From contig NC_043013.1 in NCBI RefSeq assembly GCF_006345805.1, positions 22,506,001 through 22,570,000 of the forward strand: 64,000 nt of DNA, given 5' to 3'. The notes under the pieces are model-generated. The model saw nothing but the letters and a program-made list of their open reading frames with translations, searched no databases and was not told the origin of the DNA. The position numbers and the translations under genes are program-made. Origin of the DNA: Octopus sinensis. Lineage: Eukaryota. Position 1 is the first letter of the stretch, and each line of letters starts with the position of its first letter. Shown one piece after another: positions 37,201 to 49,493 of the stretch.

Positions 37201-38191
37201 TGGGATTTGGACTCAAAAATTAGAAAGCTGGAAGAAATATTGCTGGACTCTAATACTCAAATGATTCTACCATTCCACTGCTTTTTAATTTAGGCAGAAG
37301 GCCAGGAGTTTTGAGTGGAGGGCCCAATTGATTAGGTCAACACCAGGTATTTGACTGATCTTTTATTATATTGACCCTGGAGAGACAAATGCTAGGCTTA
37401 ACCTTGATGGGATTTGAACTCTGAAAGTAACGATTCTTCCAGCACCAATAGCCCTTTCTGCTACAGACAAAAGGCTGAAATTTGGTGGAAGGGAATTAGT
37501 TGATTGCATTGAGTCCAATGCACACTGACCCCAGAACAGTGAATGGCAAAGTCAACCTTGACAGAATTTAAGCTCAGAATATAAAAACGGAAAAAATGCC
37601 TCACTCATTGCCTTATTCACTACCAATAATAATAATAATAATTCCTTTCCTAGGCACCAGACCAAAATATCGTGGGCTGGGTTGTAGCTAATCACATTGA
37701 TCCCAGCACTTGAGTGATTCCTTAGTTTTTTTGATGAAATATAAAATTGGCTCCAATGAGATTTTGTCTTTGATGGTAATATGGTAATGTTTCATTCCTG
37801 ATTAGCAATTGAAATATAAATGCTTCGAGTTGATGAGTTTAATGGCATAAATAATAATCTTGGCTGGAATTGACACTCCTGGACATTTTTGTTAAGTTCT
37901 CTTTCAGAATGTGCTAGCTGCTGGACCAATAAACACTCGGGGAAACTTACTGGTTATTTCATACACACACACACACACACGCACATATGCATGTGTGTAT
38001 GTATGTATGTATATCACGTTTCAGATTTAATTTGTTTTTCTGAGTTGATTCAAGAGCCGCCAGCATTTATCTGGTGACATGGTGTCTGTTCATAACAGTT
38101 ACACATTTGTCTGGTTAGAAACACTGTTCTTACACATTTCATTTTGGCAACAAGTAACCTGTTAGTTTCGGTGTTACATATTTGTCTAGTT

Positions 38192-38442
38192 CAGTGCTTC
38201 ACAACCATTTTTTGCCTATAGACCCCTTTTGATTCCTATTTTGCTCAGGAATGCGCGTCTGTGTGTGTGTGTGTGATGGGGGCCTCATAGCTGTTCAATG
38301 TCTAAAAAAAACTCCTCGTATATTTTTATGATTAAACATTATTAGGAATTGTATATATTGTGTATAATAGAAAATAGAACCAGTTTATTATCCATAGATT
38401 TTAACAGCAAAATCTTGCATGGCCCCCGGACGGGAAGCAGTG
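38192..38442. mobile_element. hAT-like MITE, diverged
   Basis: cagtgcttc...gaagcagtg ends; 8-bp TSD gtctagtt (38184) and gtctggtt (38443). Confidence 0.6.
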
Positions 38443-38621
38443 GTCTGGTTAGTAGTGTTGTTGCACAATGTGATGTAGTGATTATATATTCGTTGGTGAT
38501 TGTGCCACTCATTTCTCTGGTGATGTGTTTGTAAATCTGGGGATATAAAAACACGTTAATAATTGTAATACACATTTATTTTATTTTCATGTTATTTTTG
38601 TTTAGTCCCAGAATGGGTAAT

Positions 38622-38867
38622 CAGGTACTACTAGTGAACAGTGGTCCCGGTGCGCGCACATGCGCACTCGCACATCCACGCTAGCCAGTCGTAAGTAGTC
38701 AATCCTACAACGACTTTTTAACCCTAAACCTAACCCTAACCTTAGTTTGTTTATAAAAATAATTTATTTAATTAGTTTAAAAAATTATTTAGGATCGACT
38801 ACTTACGACTAGCTAGCGCAGATGTGCGTGTGAGCGCACTGGGACCACTGTTCGCTAGTAGTACCTG
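38622..38867. mobile_element. MITE with ~85-bp imperfect TIRs and a telomere-like core
   Basis: caggtactactagtgaacagtggtccc...gggaccactgttcgctagtagtacctg; direct repeat gtaat (or ggtaatc) on both sides; internal taaccctaaacctaaccctaacc. Confidence 0.88.
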
Positions 38868-39807
38868 GTAATCATTCTAACCATAACCATCTAGAGTACC
38901 CTTCCTTTTTAAGATGACAGAGGTGTGATTTGAGGGTTATTTAACTGCTATATCTAGTAGGTCAGTCAGTCATGTGGTGGTTTTCCTCAGTAAATTGTTA
39001 TATGTCGGGTGGTACGCAACCTGTTAGTACTTGTCTTTAAACGTTTATCTTGTGACACAGTTTCCATTAGTAACTATACTGCACATTTGTCTGACATGGA
39101 ACCTGTCAGTAACATGTTCCATGTTTATCCGCTGACATAGTGTCTGTTAGTAACAGTGCTACATGTTTAATGGTGTCCATTAGCAACGGTCCAGCATGTT
39201 GGCTGCTGGCACAAAACCTGTTAAGGCTAATGTTATACATTTGTCTTGCAATGTGGAGTCTGTAATAACATTACATTGTGTGTTAGGAACAATATTTTAA
39301 TAAGTTTGATTAAAAACTACTGAACTAGAAAATGTAAATATAATATAATATAATATATATATATCCTTAAATCCTTAAAATATATATATATATATTTTAT
39401 TATCTATAATATATATATTATTGTTAGTAAATGTCTGGCATGATGTTATGTCTGAACAATGTAAAGTGTTTGGTTAGTGAGTGGAGAGGACATGAGGTCA
39501 AGAGGACCCTTATGTTGAAGGCATGATAACTTCTTTGGCTCTTGTACCATGCTAAGATGCACTTAACACATTCTGTTAAGTTGTTAGGAAGGGCATTCGA
39601 CTCTAGAGAACTTGCTAAAACACAATATATGGACACATTTTGGCCACTTTCCCATTTAGGAGGACAGTAACTTCAAATGAGAATTGATGCCAGCTTTGAT
39701 CTATTCTGCCGATGCCAATATGGTAGACAAATGTTGACCATTGTAACCATCAGAGTATGAAATAAAGACATTTGCATGCATATATATATAATATATATAT
39801 ATATCTA

Positions 39808-40021
39808 CACGAAGGGGTGCTGAGAAGTTCCTGGCTTTAAGGGTATCGCGAAAGGCTTGGCTGGAAGCCCAGTTTTCCGAGTTCTTTTATTGGGCTTAGT
39901 AAAAATGAAGAAGGACCACTGAAATAAATGTGTGAATCTGAGACGGGAATTATGTTGAATAAAATCATAATTAATGTATTTTTTTTACCCAAAGTCAGGA
40001 ACTTTTCAGCACCCCCTCATG
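39808..40021 (+). mobile_element. mariner-derived MITE (internal deletion derivative)
   Basis: TIRs cgaaggggtgctgagaagttcctggcttt and aaagtcaggaacttttcagcaccccctc; remnant of the mariner transposase C-terminus KCVNLR..YVE* at ~39925-39962. Confidence 0.8.
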
Positions 40022-40069
40022 TGTGTGTGTGTGTGAGAGAGAGAGGGAGTGATAAACTCCTTATCTCTA

Positions 40070-40305
40070 GCATCACTATCTGCATCATCCTCACTACCAA
40101 TATTGTCAAAATTAATACCAGCATTATCATTAAAACTATCACCATCATTATCATCACCATCCTTATAACCATTACCATCACTACACCATTCAATATCATT
40201 GTCATTATCACCATTTCGATAACCATCGTTATCATCTTCACCACCATCATCATCATCATAATCATAATCATCATTGTCACTACCACCACCATCATCATCA
40301 CTGCT
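40070..40305. repeat. Degenerate (ATC/ACC)n trinucleotide repeat
   Basis: Imperfect catcat/caccat tract; source of the Ile/Thr- and Met-rich ORFs. Confidence 0.85.
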
Positions 40306-40669
40306 TTATCACCTTTACCATTTTCCAGAGCTGGCATTCGTTTGAAAGGGACTGTTTGGAACTACACCACTTCCCAGCTGTTACTCTGGCTGATTTATAA
40401 GTGTTCATAGATTTATATTTTTTAGCCATGTTTTTAGCCAGATCTTCTCTGTAGGGTCTGTGTAGTTTTTCTTTATCCTTTTATATTAACTGTCATTTAC
40501 CAACAACTTCCTGCTCCCTATTTTCCCCCCGACACTTCTTCATCTGATTTTTTGCCATTCATATGCATTGCGTCTCCCTCCACAGACCAAACACGGAAGC
40601 CGCTACATGGTTGCCGGGCTTGCTAAACTAGCTGACCTTTCTCTTTCAAAGCCTGCTCTATCATCTTTA

Positions 40670-41124
40670 TTTTGAGATGCTCCGTGTTTCTTTCAATTAA
40701 TTTTAAATATAACAAAGAATTTAGTAAAATAACTTAGTTATCATTAAGCTAGTGTCAGGAACATAAATTATGACTAAGCTTTGGTGGAAGATTTTAATTC
40801 AGAACTTATGGAAACAAGACATTTCTACTACAGAGCCAGATTCACCCAGGTAGGTATTAAAAGGATTAAGAATTGTTTCTTTATTATATATTTCAACTGT
40901 TTTGTTACCACATTTCTGTTGAGATGCTCTGTGTTTCTTCTTTCAATTAAGTTTAAATATAACAAAGAATTTAGTAAAATAACTTGGTTATCATTAAGCT
41001 AGTGTTAGGAACATAAATTGTGACTTGGGTTTGGTGGAAGATTTTAATTCAAAACTTACGAAAACAAGTCATTTGTACTCAGAGCCAGAGGCAGTTTCAG
41101 CTGGGTTGGTATTGAAAGGGTGAA
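40670..41124 (-). mobile_element. Two adjacent monomeric copies of piggyBac-like MITE family P1
   Basis: ~40670-40869 and ~40893-41124 match the reverse complement of 22820-23052. Confidence 0.8.
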
Positions 41125-42181
41125 AAAAATTGGAAGGATACATGAGATAATGTAGTCTTAAATAACCCCAGTTGGATGCTTTTGATCAAAGGCCAGTTCA
41201 ACCAGGATTGACCTGCAGCCAAACAACAACAACAACACCACCTGCATTGCCTTGAATTAAAAGAACAAGCCTCTAAGTGGTTTCACAATTTGCTAGTAAT
41301 AGGAGACAAATCTGCTTCAAATCGACAGGCATTGTATAATTTAGTTTTAAGGGGGTAACAAAAAAGAGATGATCATGGCTGGAATACTTTTGGTTATAGA
41401 TCTGGTCAATCTGGTCTGACCTTGAAAAACAACATCTCTGTAAATACTTGTTTTGGCATTGTTCCACTTAACCAAACAGCTTCATGGTTTTTTTCCAATG
41501 CGATGTGATTGCATTTCTTTAATGAACCTGTTCTAACTTTAACTACTAGGTTCCTTGTGTGTGTGTGTGTGTGTGTGAGTGAGAGTGTTAGGTGTGTGTT
41601 GATAGTTCAAAGTGAATCATTGATATACAAAAAAAAAAAAAAAAAATCCTTTCCTGCAGAACACATTTTTTTTCCATTTCCTTTATAAAATATGCGAGTT
41701 GATTGGCCGAAAAATGCAGTGGTCTGATTTTATGGTGTGTGTGATTGTGGTTTGTGTTTAGCATAAAATATCAGTCTTTACTCTCCTCTACTACACACCG
41801 AAACCCTCTCCAATTCCAATGCACATTATTGGCCAGAAATTCCTTCTAATTTACTTTCTTCTTTATTCTTGAACAATCTCATTCACTCATCAATAAGCTG
41901 GCAGAATCGTAAGCATGCAGCGCAAAAGACATAGTTGCATTTCACTTGTTTTTACATTCCAAGTTCAAATGTTCCCCTTGGTAGACTCTGCCTTTCATCT
42001 TTCCAGGATTAAACAAGCTATAGTCACATTGTCTCAGTGTTCTATTTATAGGACACCAAGTATTTCCATTTCTACTTGAAGTTAAGGAGTTTTAATAATT
42101 ATTTTTTTCATTTTAACCTATTTTCATTCATCTGTAAAAATTTAAAAGTAATATTCAGAAATTTAAGTATCTGGGATTTAA

Positions 42182-42402
42182 CCCTTTAGCATTTAAACCG
42201 GCCATATCCGGCCAAAAGTATTCTGCCTGTTATATGTTCAAACTGGCCAGATCTGGTCTCTCACACCAACCCTACAATATCATCTTAAAAATTAACAGCT
42301 ACCTCATCAAAATCTCATAGCTACAAGATAATGCATGATTAGTTCAAAACAATGTGGATAAAAAAGGATAAATTTTGGCAGAATAATGTGAACACTAAAG
42401 GA
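42182..42402 (+). mobile_element. piggyBac-like MITE family P2
   Basis: TTAA|CCCTTTAGC...CTAAAGGA|TTAA (TTAA at 42178 and 42403). Confidence 0.85.
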
Positions 42403-43809
42403 TTAAAGGATTAAAGACAAAAATAACTACGTTGGGTAATACAGTCCTAGACTGACCAAAAAAGACAGGATGGTCACCCACAATTTTATAGAATCTCAAA
42501 GATATCTTGGAACTGAAGGATCCATCTTTGGGTCAGTATATCGAGTATTGTTGTTGAGCCCCTATCGGCCTCGTTTGAGTAGATCTAAGCTCATAGGGAT
42601 TCCAACTGAGGTCAACCCATTTTTATGCAATGGGGTGTACGAATATATTGTAGGTATGCTGGTAGCAATGTACGAACTATGCCCATATCTTTCAAGTAAA
42701 AGAATTGCATTTACATTGTATTTAATTTCTGAAATGAACCTTAATCTGGTACAGTAAATCATAAGGTTCTGGGGTCGCTTTAACTTTCCATGCTGAGAAC
42801 ACATGACAGAACGGGAAACTCGAACAGTGAATGTCAGGAAAGAATTAATATAAAGATTGTTTGCCAACATAACATGGCATTCCTAGTTTAGGACAAATGT
42901 TGCTGAAATTAGGCCCAGGAGACATCGTCTCCTGCTTGCTATAAGACACGGTCTGTGTCCTTATATTTTCATCCTAAACCAGGACTGCTATGTGATGTTA
43001 GCAAACAATCTGTACCCCAAAGTACTGTTGCTGAATATCTCTCGTTGTGAGATTTTCAAATAGTAATTTTCTAAGAATTAACATGATTTATAAATCACAG
43101 TTGCTGAGCTAATTTTCCAGTTTTTTCTTTTGGGTAGAATGGTCGTATTGGACAACATAGTGTGAAAGAATCCTATGTTACTCATCCTTCTTGTCTCTGT
43201 GAGTTTATCTTCCAGAAGCACTGGTCTCTTGCTGTATAGCCATGTAGCCGGTTATCATGCACACCTGACCCACATCAATCCATGTTACAGAGACGAGGAT
43301 AGATCCTGCTTCACCTGTTAAACACTCATCTAACCATTTTTTAAAAACCATTCCAGTGTAGACTTGTATTCTTTTCTGGTTTGTTCTCCAGGGAATCAGG
43401 GAATCACAAGATCTAATTGTTGTTGAGTCCTCAGCCAGCCAGCCATGACCATCCCATATTTTTGATAATCAAGACTATAGTATCCAATGTGTCGGTTTTT
43501 TTTTTCTTAAGTTTGTTGGGTATGATTTGAAGGGAATTTGGCTGCTATTGTTTGCAAGTCAAGCATAGAGCTTCTTTCATTGATTTGTAAAGTTTAGGTA
43601 CTTCTTGAGAAAGTCTTTTGTCCCATGGAAAGACAAGTCAGCTGAGGACACGTGGCTGAATTGAACGTGTAATACTTGCGATGGTAATTTTTATTCACTC
43701 AGACTCTACTGACTGAGAAGCCATGATTTCAAATTCTGTTCTGTGTGTGTTTTGTGTATGTTGTGTTAGTTTTGGGTGGTTTGTGTGTACAATATACACT
43801 TCTTATGTG

Positions 43810-43844
<35 letters not shown>

Positions 43845-44032
43845 CCTACAGCTAGGTGAAGCTGTCTGCACCAGTCTACCTGATTATAAAAATAGATGCC
43901 ACACCCATTTCATGGTTATGCAGATACTTTTAGCAGGCAATCAGCCATGGAAAATGAAAAATAACAAAACAAAAACAAAAATGCTTGTGCTAATACTATA
44001 TGTGCCATAATGTGTATACTATGTATGTATAT

Positions 44033-44035
<3 letters not shown>

Positions 44036-44094
<59 letters not shown>
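44036..44094. repeat. (CA)n microsatellite
   Basis: Uninterrupted CA run; many shorter CA/GT runs occur throughout the window. Confidence 0.95.
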
Positions 44095-44097
<3 letters not shown>

Positions 44098-44517
44098 TAG
44101 AGAGAGGTGGGGTAGTGAGTGAATTAGCTTCAACTCTCTATTGTATCCATTCTCATTCAGTCATGTTACAAAACACTCTTCAAAAGCATAAATGCTACTT
44201 ACACATATTTCATATTATGTTGTTGTTATTATTATTATTATGCTATGAATTGGAGTAGGGAAGTATAATTGCCAGAAAGAAGAAGTATCAGATTTATATA
44301 AGCATTGACATTCAAACATTTCAAACTATTTCGCTTTCTTCAACAATGTTTTTTAACAGGTCAAACGACTGACTGAGTCCTTTCCATCGACACAACACAA
44401 CCATGCTTGTCGTTGTCATTGTTCAGCTTTCTATCAGCCATGATTGAATGCATTTTAGGATGAAAGACATTCCAACCATGACTCTCCTACCTGTTTAGAT
44501 GTATTTTCGATTATATT

Positions 44518-44711
44518 ACTCTTTACTTGTTTCAGTCATTTGACTGCGGCCATGCTGAAGCACCGCCTTTAATCGAGCAAATCGACCCCAGGACCTATTC
44601 TTTTGTAAGCCCAGTACTTATTTTATCGGTCTCTTTTGCCGAACCGCTAAGTAACGGGGACATAAACACACCAGCATCGGTTGTCAAGCAATGCTAGGGG
44701 GACAAACACAG

Positions 44712-44760
<49 letters not shown>

Positions 44761-44931
44761 CATATATACGACAGGCTTCTTTCAGTTTCTGTCTACCAAA
44801 TCCACTCACAAGGCTTTGGTCGGCCCGAGGCTATAGTAGAAGACACTTACCCAAGGTACCACGCAGTGGGACTGAACCCGGAACCATGTGGTTGGTAAAC
44901 AAGCTACTTACCACACAGCCACTCCTGCGCC
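44518..44931 (-). mobile_element. Family A SINE, full length, young
   Basis: Minus head ggcgcaggagtggctgtgtggtaagtagc...ccgggttcagtccc; central (TA)/(CA) tract; tail gactgaaacaagtaaagag; CpGs retained. Confidence 0.9.
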
Positions 44932-47354
44932 TTATTAGTTAATGTATTTTTACTTTCTTTTAAGACAGTTGAGGTGTAATTTTGAGGATGGTTTGGTTGC
45001 TCTGATTGAGCAGAGTTACCATTGAAAGCATTCCAGTTGGCCATACTATCCATCTTTTTTGTATGGTGTCCTTTTCTAAGTTGGTGAGGGTGTTGTTTTA
45101 AGGGAGATATGGCTGCTGTTTCTAAAATGTTGAACTGCCACATGGAGGTTTCCCTATAGACTTAAGTGAACTCAACCAGTAAGGGTAAAGGATTACAGGG
45201 CAGAGTCTGGTGTGAAAGCAAACAAAACAGGGATCTTTGAATCATTTGACTTGCTGATAGTAAATAATTAGTGTTTTCTTTTTTACCTCTTAGTCAGTGA
45301 GGATAAAGAGCTACATCCATGACTCTATAATTCTTTCAGGGCCTCCAAGACTAATGGGAGGAATGAAGAAAGTTATCCTCAAACTAGAAAGCGAAGCTGG
45401 ATGCTTACAGCGGAGTAGTTTCCACTAAATTCACCTAAGGACCAAGTGGTGGTTCTTAAGCAAACAACGAAATCCGCCGCCCAAGAATTCAAAGCCCAAA
45501 GAACAGGAACAAATACCACGAGGCGTCTTGTCTGGCACTCTAACAATTCTATGGATTGGCACTTTGCTGACCCTAGAAGGGATGAAAGGAAAAGTCATCC
45601 TTGAGAGGAATTGAAACCAGATCCCTGAGAGCTAGAACAGATACTGCTAAGTGCTTGTCCTAAACTAAGAACTTGCTTAATACATTGCCAAAATGAATAC
45701 CAATAAGTTCTAAAAAACAATTAAGGTTTCAAGAGCGATAAATGTCCATCAAATTTCATACATTTTAATTTTTTTCTTTTACTTGTTTCTTTTCGTCTTT
45801 TTTTTATATTAATAACCTCACAGAAAGGAAAACCTTTCTCTACTTGCGAACATTTCTTTGCAGAATGACCAAAAACTGAGAACACTAGCATCAATTATTC
45901 TTCTGACTAAGGTAGAAAACAATAAATATATATCGAATTGGCAAAAAGAAGAATCGGCAACAATCAATTGCAGCTTCATTCTCATTATTATTAATAGTTT
46001 TTATTATTATTATTATTATTATTAACAGCACATTAATTTTGGAAGCAACAAAGAAAAAGAGAAAGAAAGAAAGCAAGCAAAATAGAAGAATTATAGAGAT
46101 TAAAAATTTCTAATGCTGCAAGGAATTTTTTTTTCCTCAAATTATCAAAAGTTAGAAATTTAATTCCAATATTTCCTGTGCTAATCTATTTACTTAAAAA
46201 TTGGCTGCCAGTGTTTCCGAGTGATGTGTACACGTATCTGTGTATATCTGTGTGTGTGTGTGTTTTGGCCCTTCAGCTGTGTTAACAACATACAAAGCAG
46301 ATATAATTCTGTAGCTCTCAATTTTTTTTTTGCATTCTTTCATTGTTTTTCTTCATTGCTTTTCTTTCTTTCTCTCTCTCTTTCTCCCATCCTCTTCACT
46401 CTTTCCTCTCTGCTGTTCTTCACTTCTCTTTCCCTGTCACAGTTAATCTCTCTCTCTCTCTCTTCCTTTGTTTCACATCTTCCCACTTCCTTCATTATCT
46501 TTCAACTCTACTCCTTGCCAGGGCAGCAGCACCATTCAGAAACAAGAACATGTTTAAAAAGCCATCAAGATGCCAAAGGTCCAAACGCTACCCATGTGCT
46601 AATGCAACTGTTTGGTTCATCCTTGCATAAAGCAACTCTCTCTTACACACACACACACCTACGAACAGCCCTACTCACTCTCTCAACACACACACACATT
46701 CTTTCTCTCCCTCTCTCATACGCTGAGGTTCATTCATTCTGGTGCTCACAGATTCTTGGCTACTGTTATGTTTTAATACAGAACTATCAACATGGAGACA
46801 ATACAACCCAATATATACTCAAAACTACACGCTGATTAAAGTAGAACCTAAAGATCCATTTGCAAAAAGTATCACGATACTTAGGAGACAAACCAATATG
46901 CTAATTAGAAGGCAGTCCAAAATTCACTTGAAAAGGACACGAGGTGAACGCACGAAGTAAAGCAGAAACTCTAAACTTGGTTTCATACTTAGTCAGGACA
47001 TAGAATTAAATTAGAGCAATATAACAGCTACTTTGAATGACCACTGTCCAAAAGATCAGTTTGTCCTACTCCACACTACCCAGCTTGTTAACACTTAAAC
47101 TCCTGGATTCATTATTTCGACTTGTTGAGAGGCCTCCGAATTAAGCAAATATCTAGATTTGTAAACAAACTGAAATAATGATTTAGAAGAACTCACCACC
47201 ACTGCTTTGCATCCTCACACACAATTATGTGAATGTATGTTTGGAAATATGGGGGATAAAAAAAATAAAAGCTTGTAGTCTCCAAGATTTTGAACCAATC
47301 TTACTGTTGTTGAGTCCCAGATCGTCTCTTGATTGAACACTATAATCGAAGACA

Positions 47355-47486
47355 TTCCAACTGTGACCCTTCTGCCTTTGTTCATTCACATAGTGTATCT
47401 AGTAGCCAATACAATCCTCCTTCCAACTGTGACCCTTCCGTCTTTGTTCATTCACATAGTGTATCTTGTAGCCAATACAATCCTCC
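47355..47486. repeat. 66-bp tandem duplication
   Basis: ttccaactgtgacccttc...gccaatacaatcctcc at 47355 and 47421. Confidence 0.9.
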
Positions 47487-48977
47487 TATTTTAAGATAAC
47501 AGTGTGCTTTGGAGGAGAGTCTTGGTTGCTGTTTCAAGCAAGTGGTCACATGGAGTTTGTTGGCTCAAAACCCTTCAAGTGTATCAAAATTGCATCTCTG
47601 TGGGGTTTCTCTCTTATTACTGCATATTTGCTCTTACAGTATTTTCAAATATTTTGCTGTTCCTTTAATTTTCTCTCATTTCTGATCACTTTCCCTCTCC
47701 CTCCTCTAAAACCTGTTTTTTCTCTATTTTTCCCCCTTTTCTTTCCCTTGCCTCCATTTTTCTCATTGTACACTTATTCCAGTTACCAAACACTTGAATT
47801 TTTTTCTGACCAAGGGTTCTTGCACAAAGCATTAGCATTCTTTGTCCCAGTGTATAATTAGTTTATTCCAGTGATCAAACATGTGAGTAATGTTATGACA
47901 GGAGGTTGCGTCTTGAAACCTCTAATATCTTGTAATTTTGCTAGGTTCATTTGTTTGTTTAATGAGCAAACACACATGCTCAACTACTAACACTGTTCTA
48001 CAGTTTGACCACTGGTAATTCTATATGTAGTTTTATTCTGTGACTTCTTTCTTGTTTCTCAAAACAGCATTATAGAGACTATAATTAGAACACTGCCTTC
48101 TGGGTGGTTTTCTACTATTATCTGTTGAATTGAAAAATTCTGGTTTCTGCTATCATTAACCTCTGTCCTTTTATGAAGTGAAATATCAGACTGGGCAGGA
48201 TTTCGATCAGATTGCCCTTTACTTGTGAATAGCAAAATCACCCCCTCTCTCTTTCTCTCTCTCTCTCTCTGCTTCGTTGTATTTCTGGGTGGGACACTTT
48301 ATTCTTAGGACACCTACATTATCACATGTTTATTGAAATGCTGGGGACTTGGTACTGGGTCGTCTGGCAATGTTGCTTAGGTTCTGTCCACGGGAAGATT
48401 TTCCTCAGGTCTGTTTCTGCTGGTCCTTCACAGCTTTGGTAACTTTTAAAAACTGGTTATCTATTTATAAATAACTTTGATTTAGAAACATGAAGTAATT
48501 AATTGTTTACTCACATAAATTCGTAAAATCTAATTAAATTTTTATTGTAATTATTGAGTAATGATAAACAAACAAACAATACAAAAACGGAAGGATACAT
48601 TGGGTGATAGAATCCTTGCTATCCCTAAAAAGACAAGGTGGTCCTGGTTCGAATAGCTTTGATTATAGGTCTGCTCACTTTGGATTGATGTGAGGCTGAA
48701 CAGCAGCTGTTGTTGTTGTTGTTGTTAAGCAACAAGACGGGTCAGGGTGATTAGGTGATGGTCTAGGGCTTAGGGGCGGGAGACCCCAGACCTTGGAAAA
48801 AAAATACTTTGGTCGTCTTGTTGTAGTTGAGGGCTCCTCGTTGACACTCGACACCACTGGGAGGTGGCCCTTGAAGTTGCTGGAAATGGAGATCTCCAGG
48901 TTCAAATTCTTGGACGGCTGAACAGCAGCTGTCTTGTGTGGTCAGTGGCTTGACCTTAAAAGGTCTGGAACCAAAGT

Positions 48978-49040
48978 TATTCTTTATTTGCCACAAGGGG
49001 TAAACATAGCGGGGACAACACATGTCATGTGGGGACAAAA
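48978..49040 (-). mobile_element. Isolated 3' tail of L1/Tx1-like LINE or family C-like SINE
   Basis: ttctttatttgccacaaggggtaaacatagcggggaca resembles 53609-53650 and the family C tail. Confidence 0.5.
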
Positions 49041-49460
49041 AAAACAAAAAAAAACGAGTGAAAGAAAAATGAGATGAATTTGAAAAGGCAAAGATGAAAT
49101 GAAACTTTTCTGGCCCCCCAACTCCTCTGAGCGACTTCATTTATTTTGTTAATATGACCTTAATTCGATCCAACTCCGTCTTGCTGTAGAATGTCAATTT
49201 TGTAAACCTGTCGGAGATCAAGTTTATATGCTTTGGTACCTGGCTGGTGTCCATTGTCTTTTCCCTGTATTCTCAATGTCATCATCGTATTTAACTATTT
49301 TAGACATTTGAACCTGGTTTGCCAGCACACAATTATAACGCCATTCTATCCCAGCAGAAGTTGCCGTATTCACTGTTATTCATGTCTTCCCAAGTGTCTG
49401 TCTCGTTGCAGAGTTCTATATTTGAACCGTCGCACGGCCGTTACAGATAGAGTGCAGATG

Positions 49461-49493
<33 letters not shown>

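Noticed and set aside
38719-38742. Interstitial telomere remnant
   Set aside because: Only 3-4 imperfect units, lying inside a TIR-bounded MITE.
39928-40410. 160-aa Ile/Thr-rich membrane protein ORF
   Set aside because: Chimeric reading across a mariner MITE, a GT/GA microsatellite and an (ATC)n repeat.
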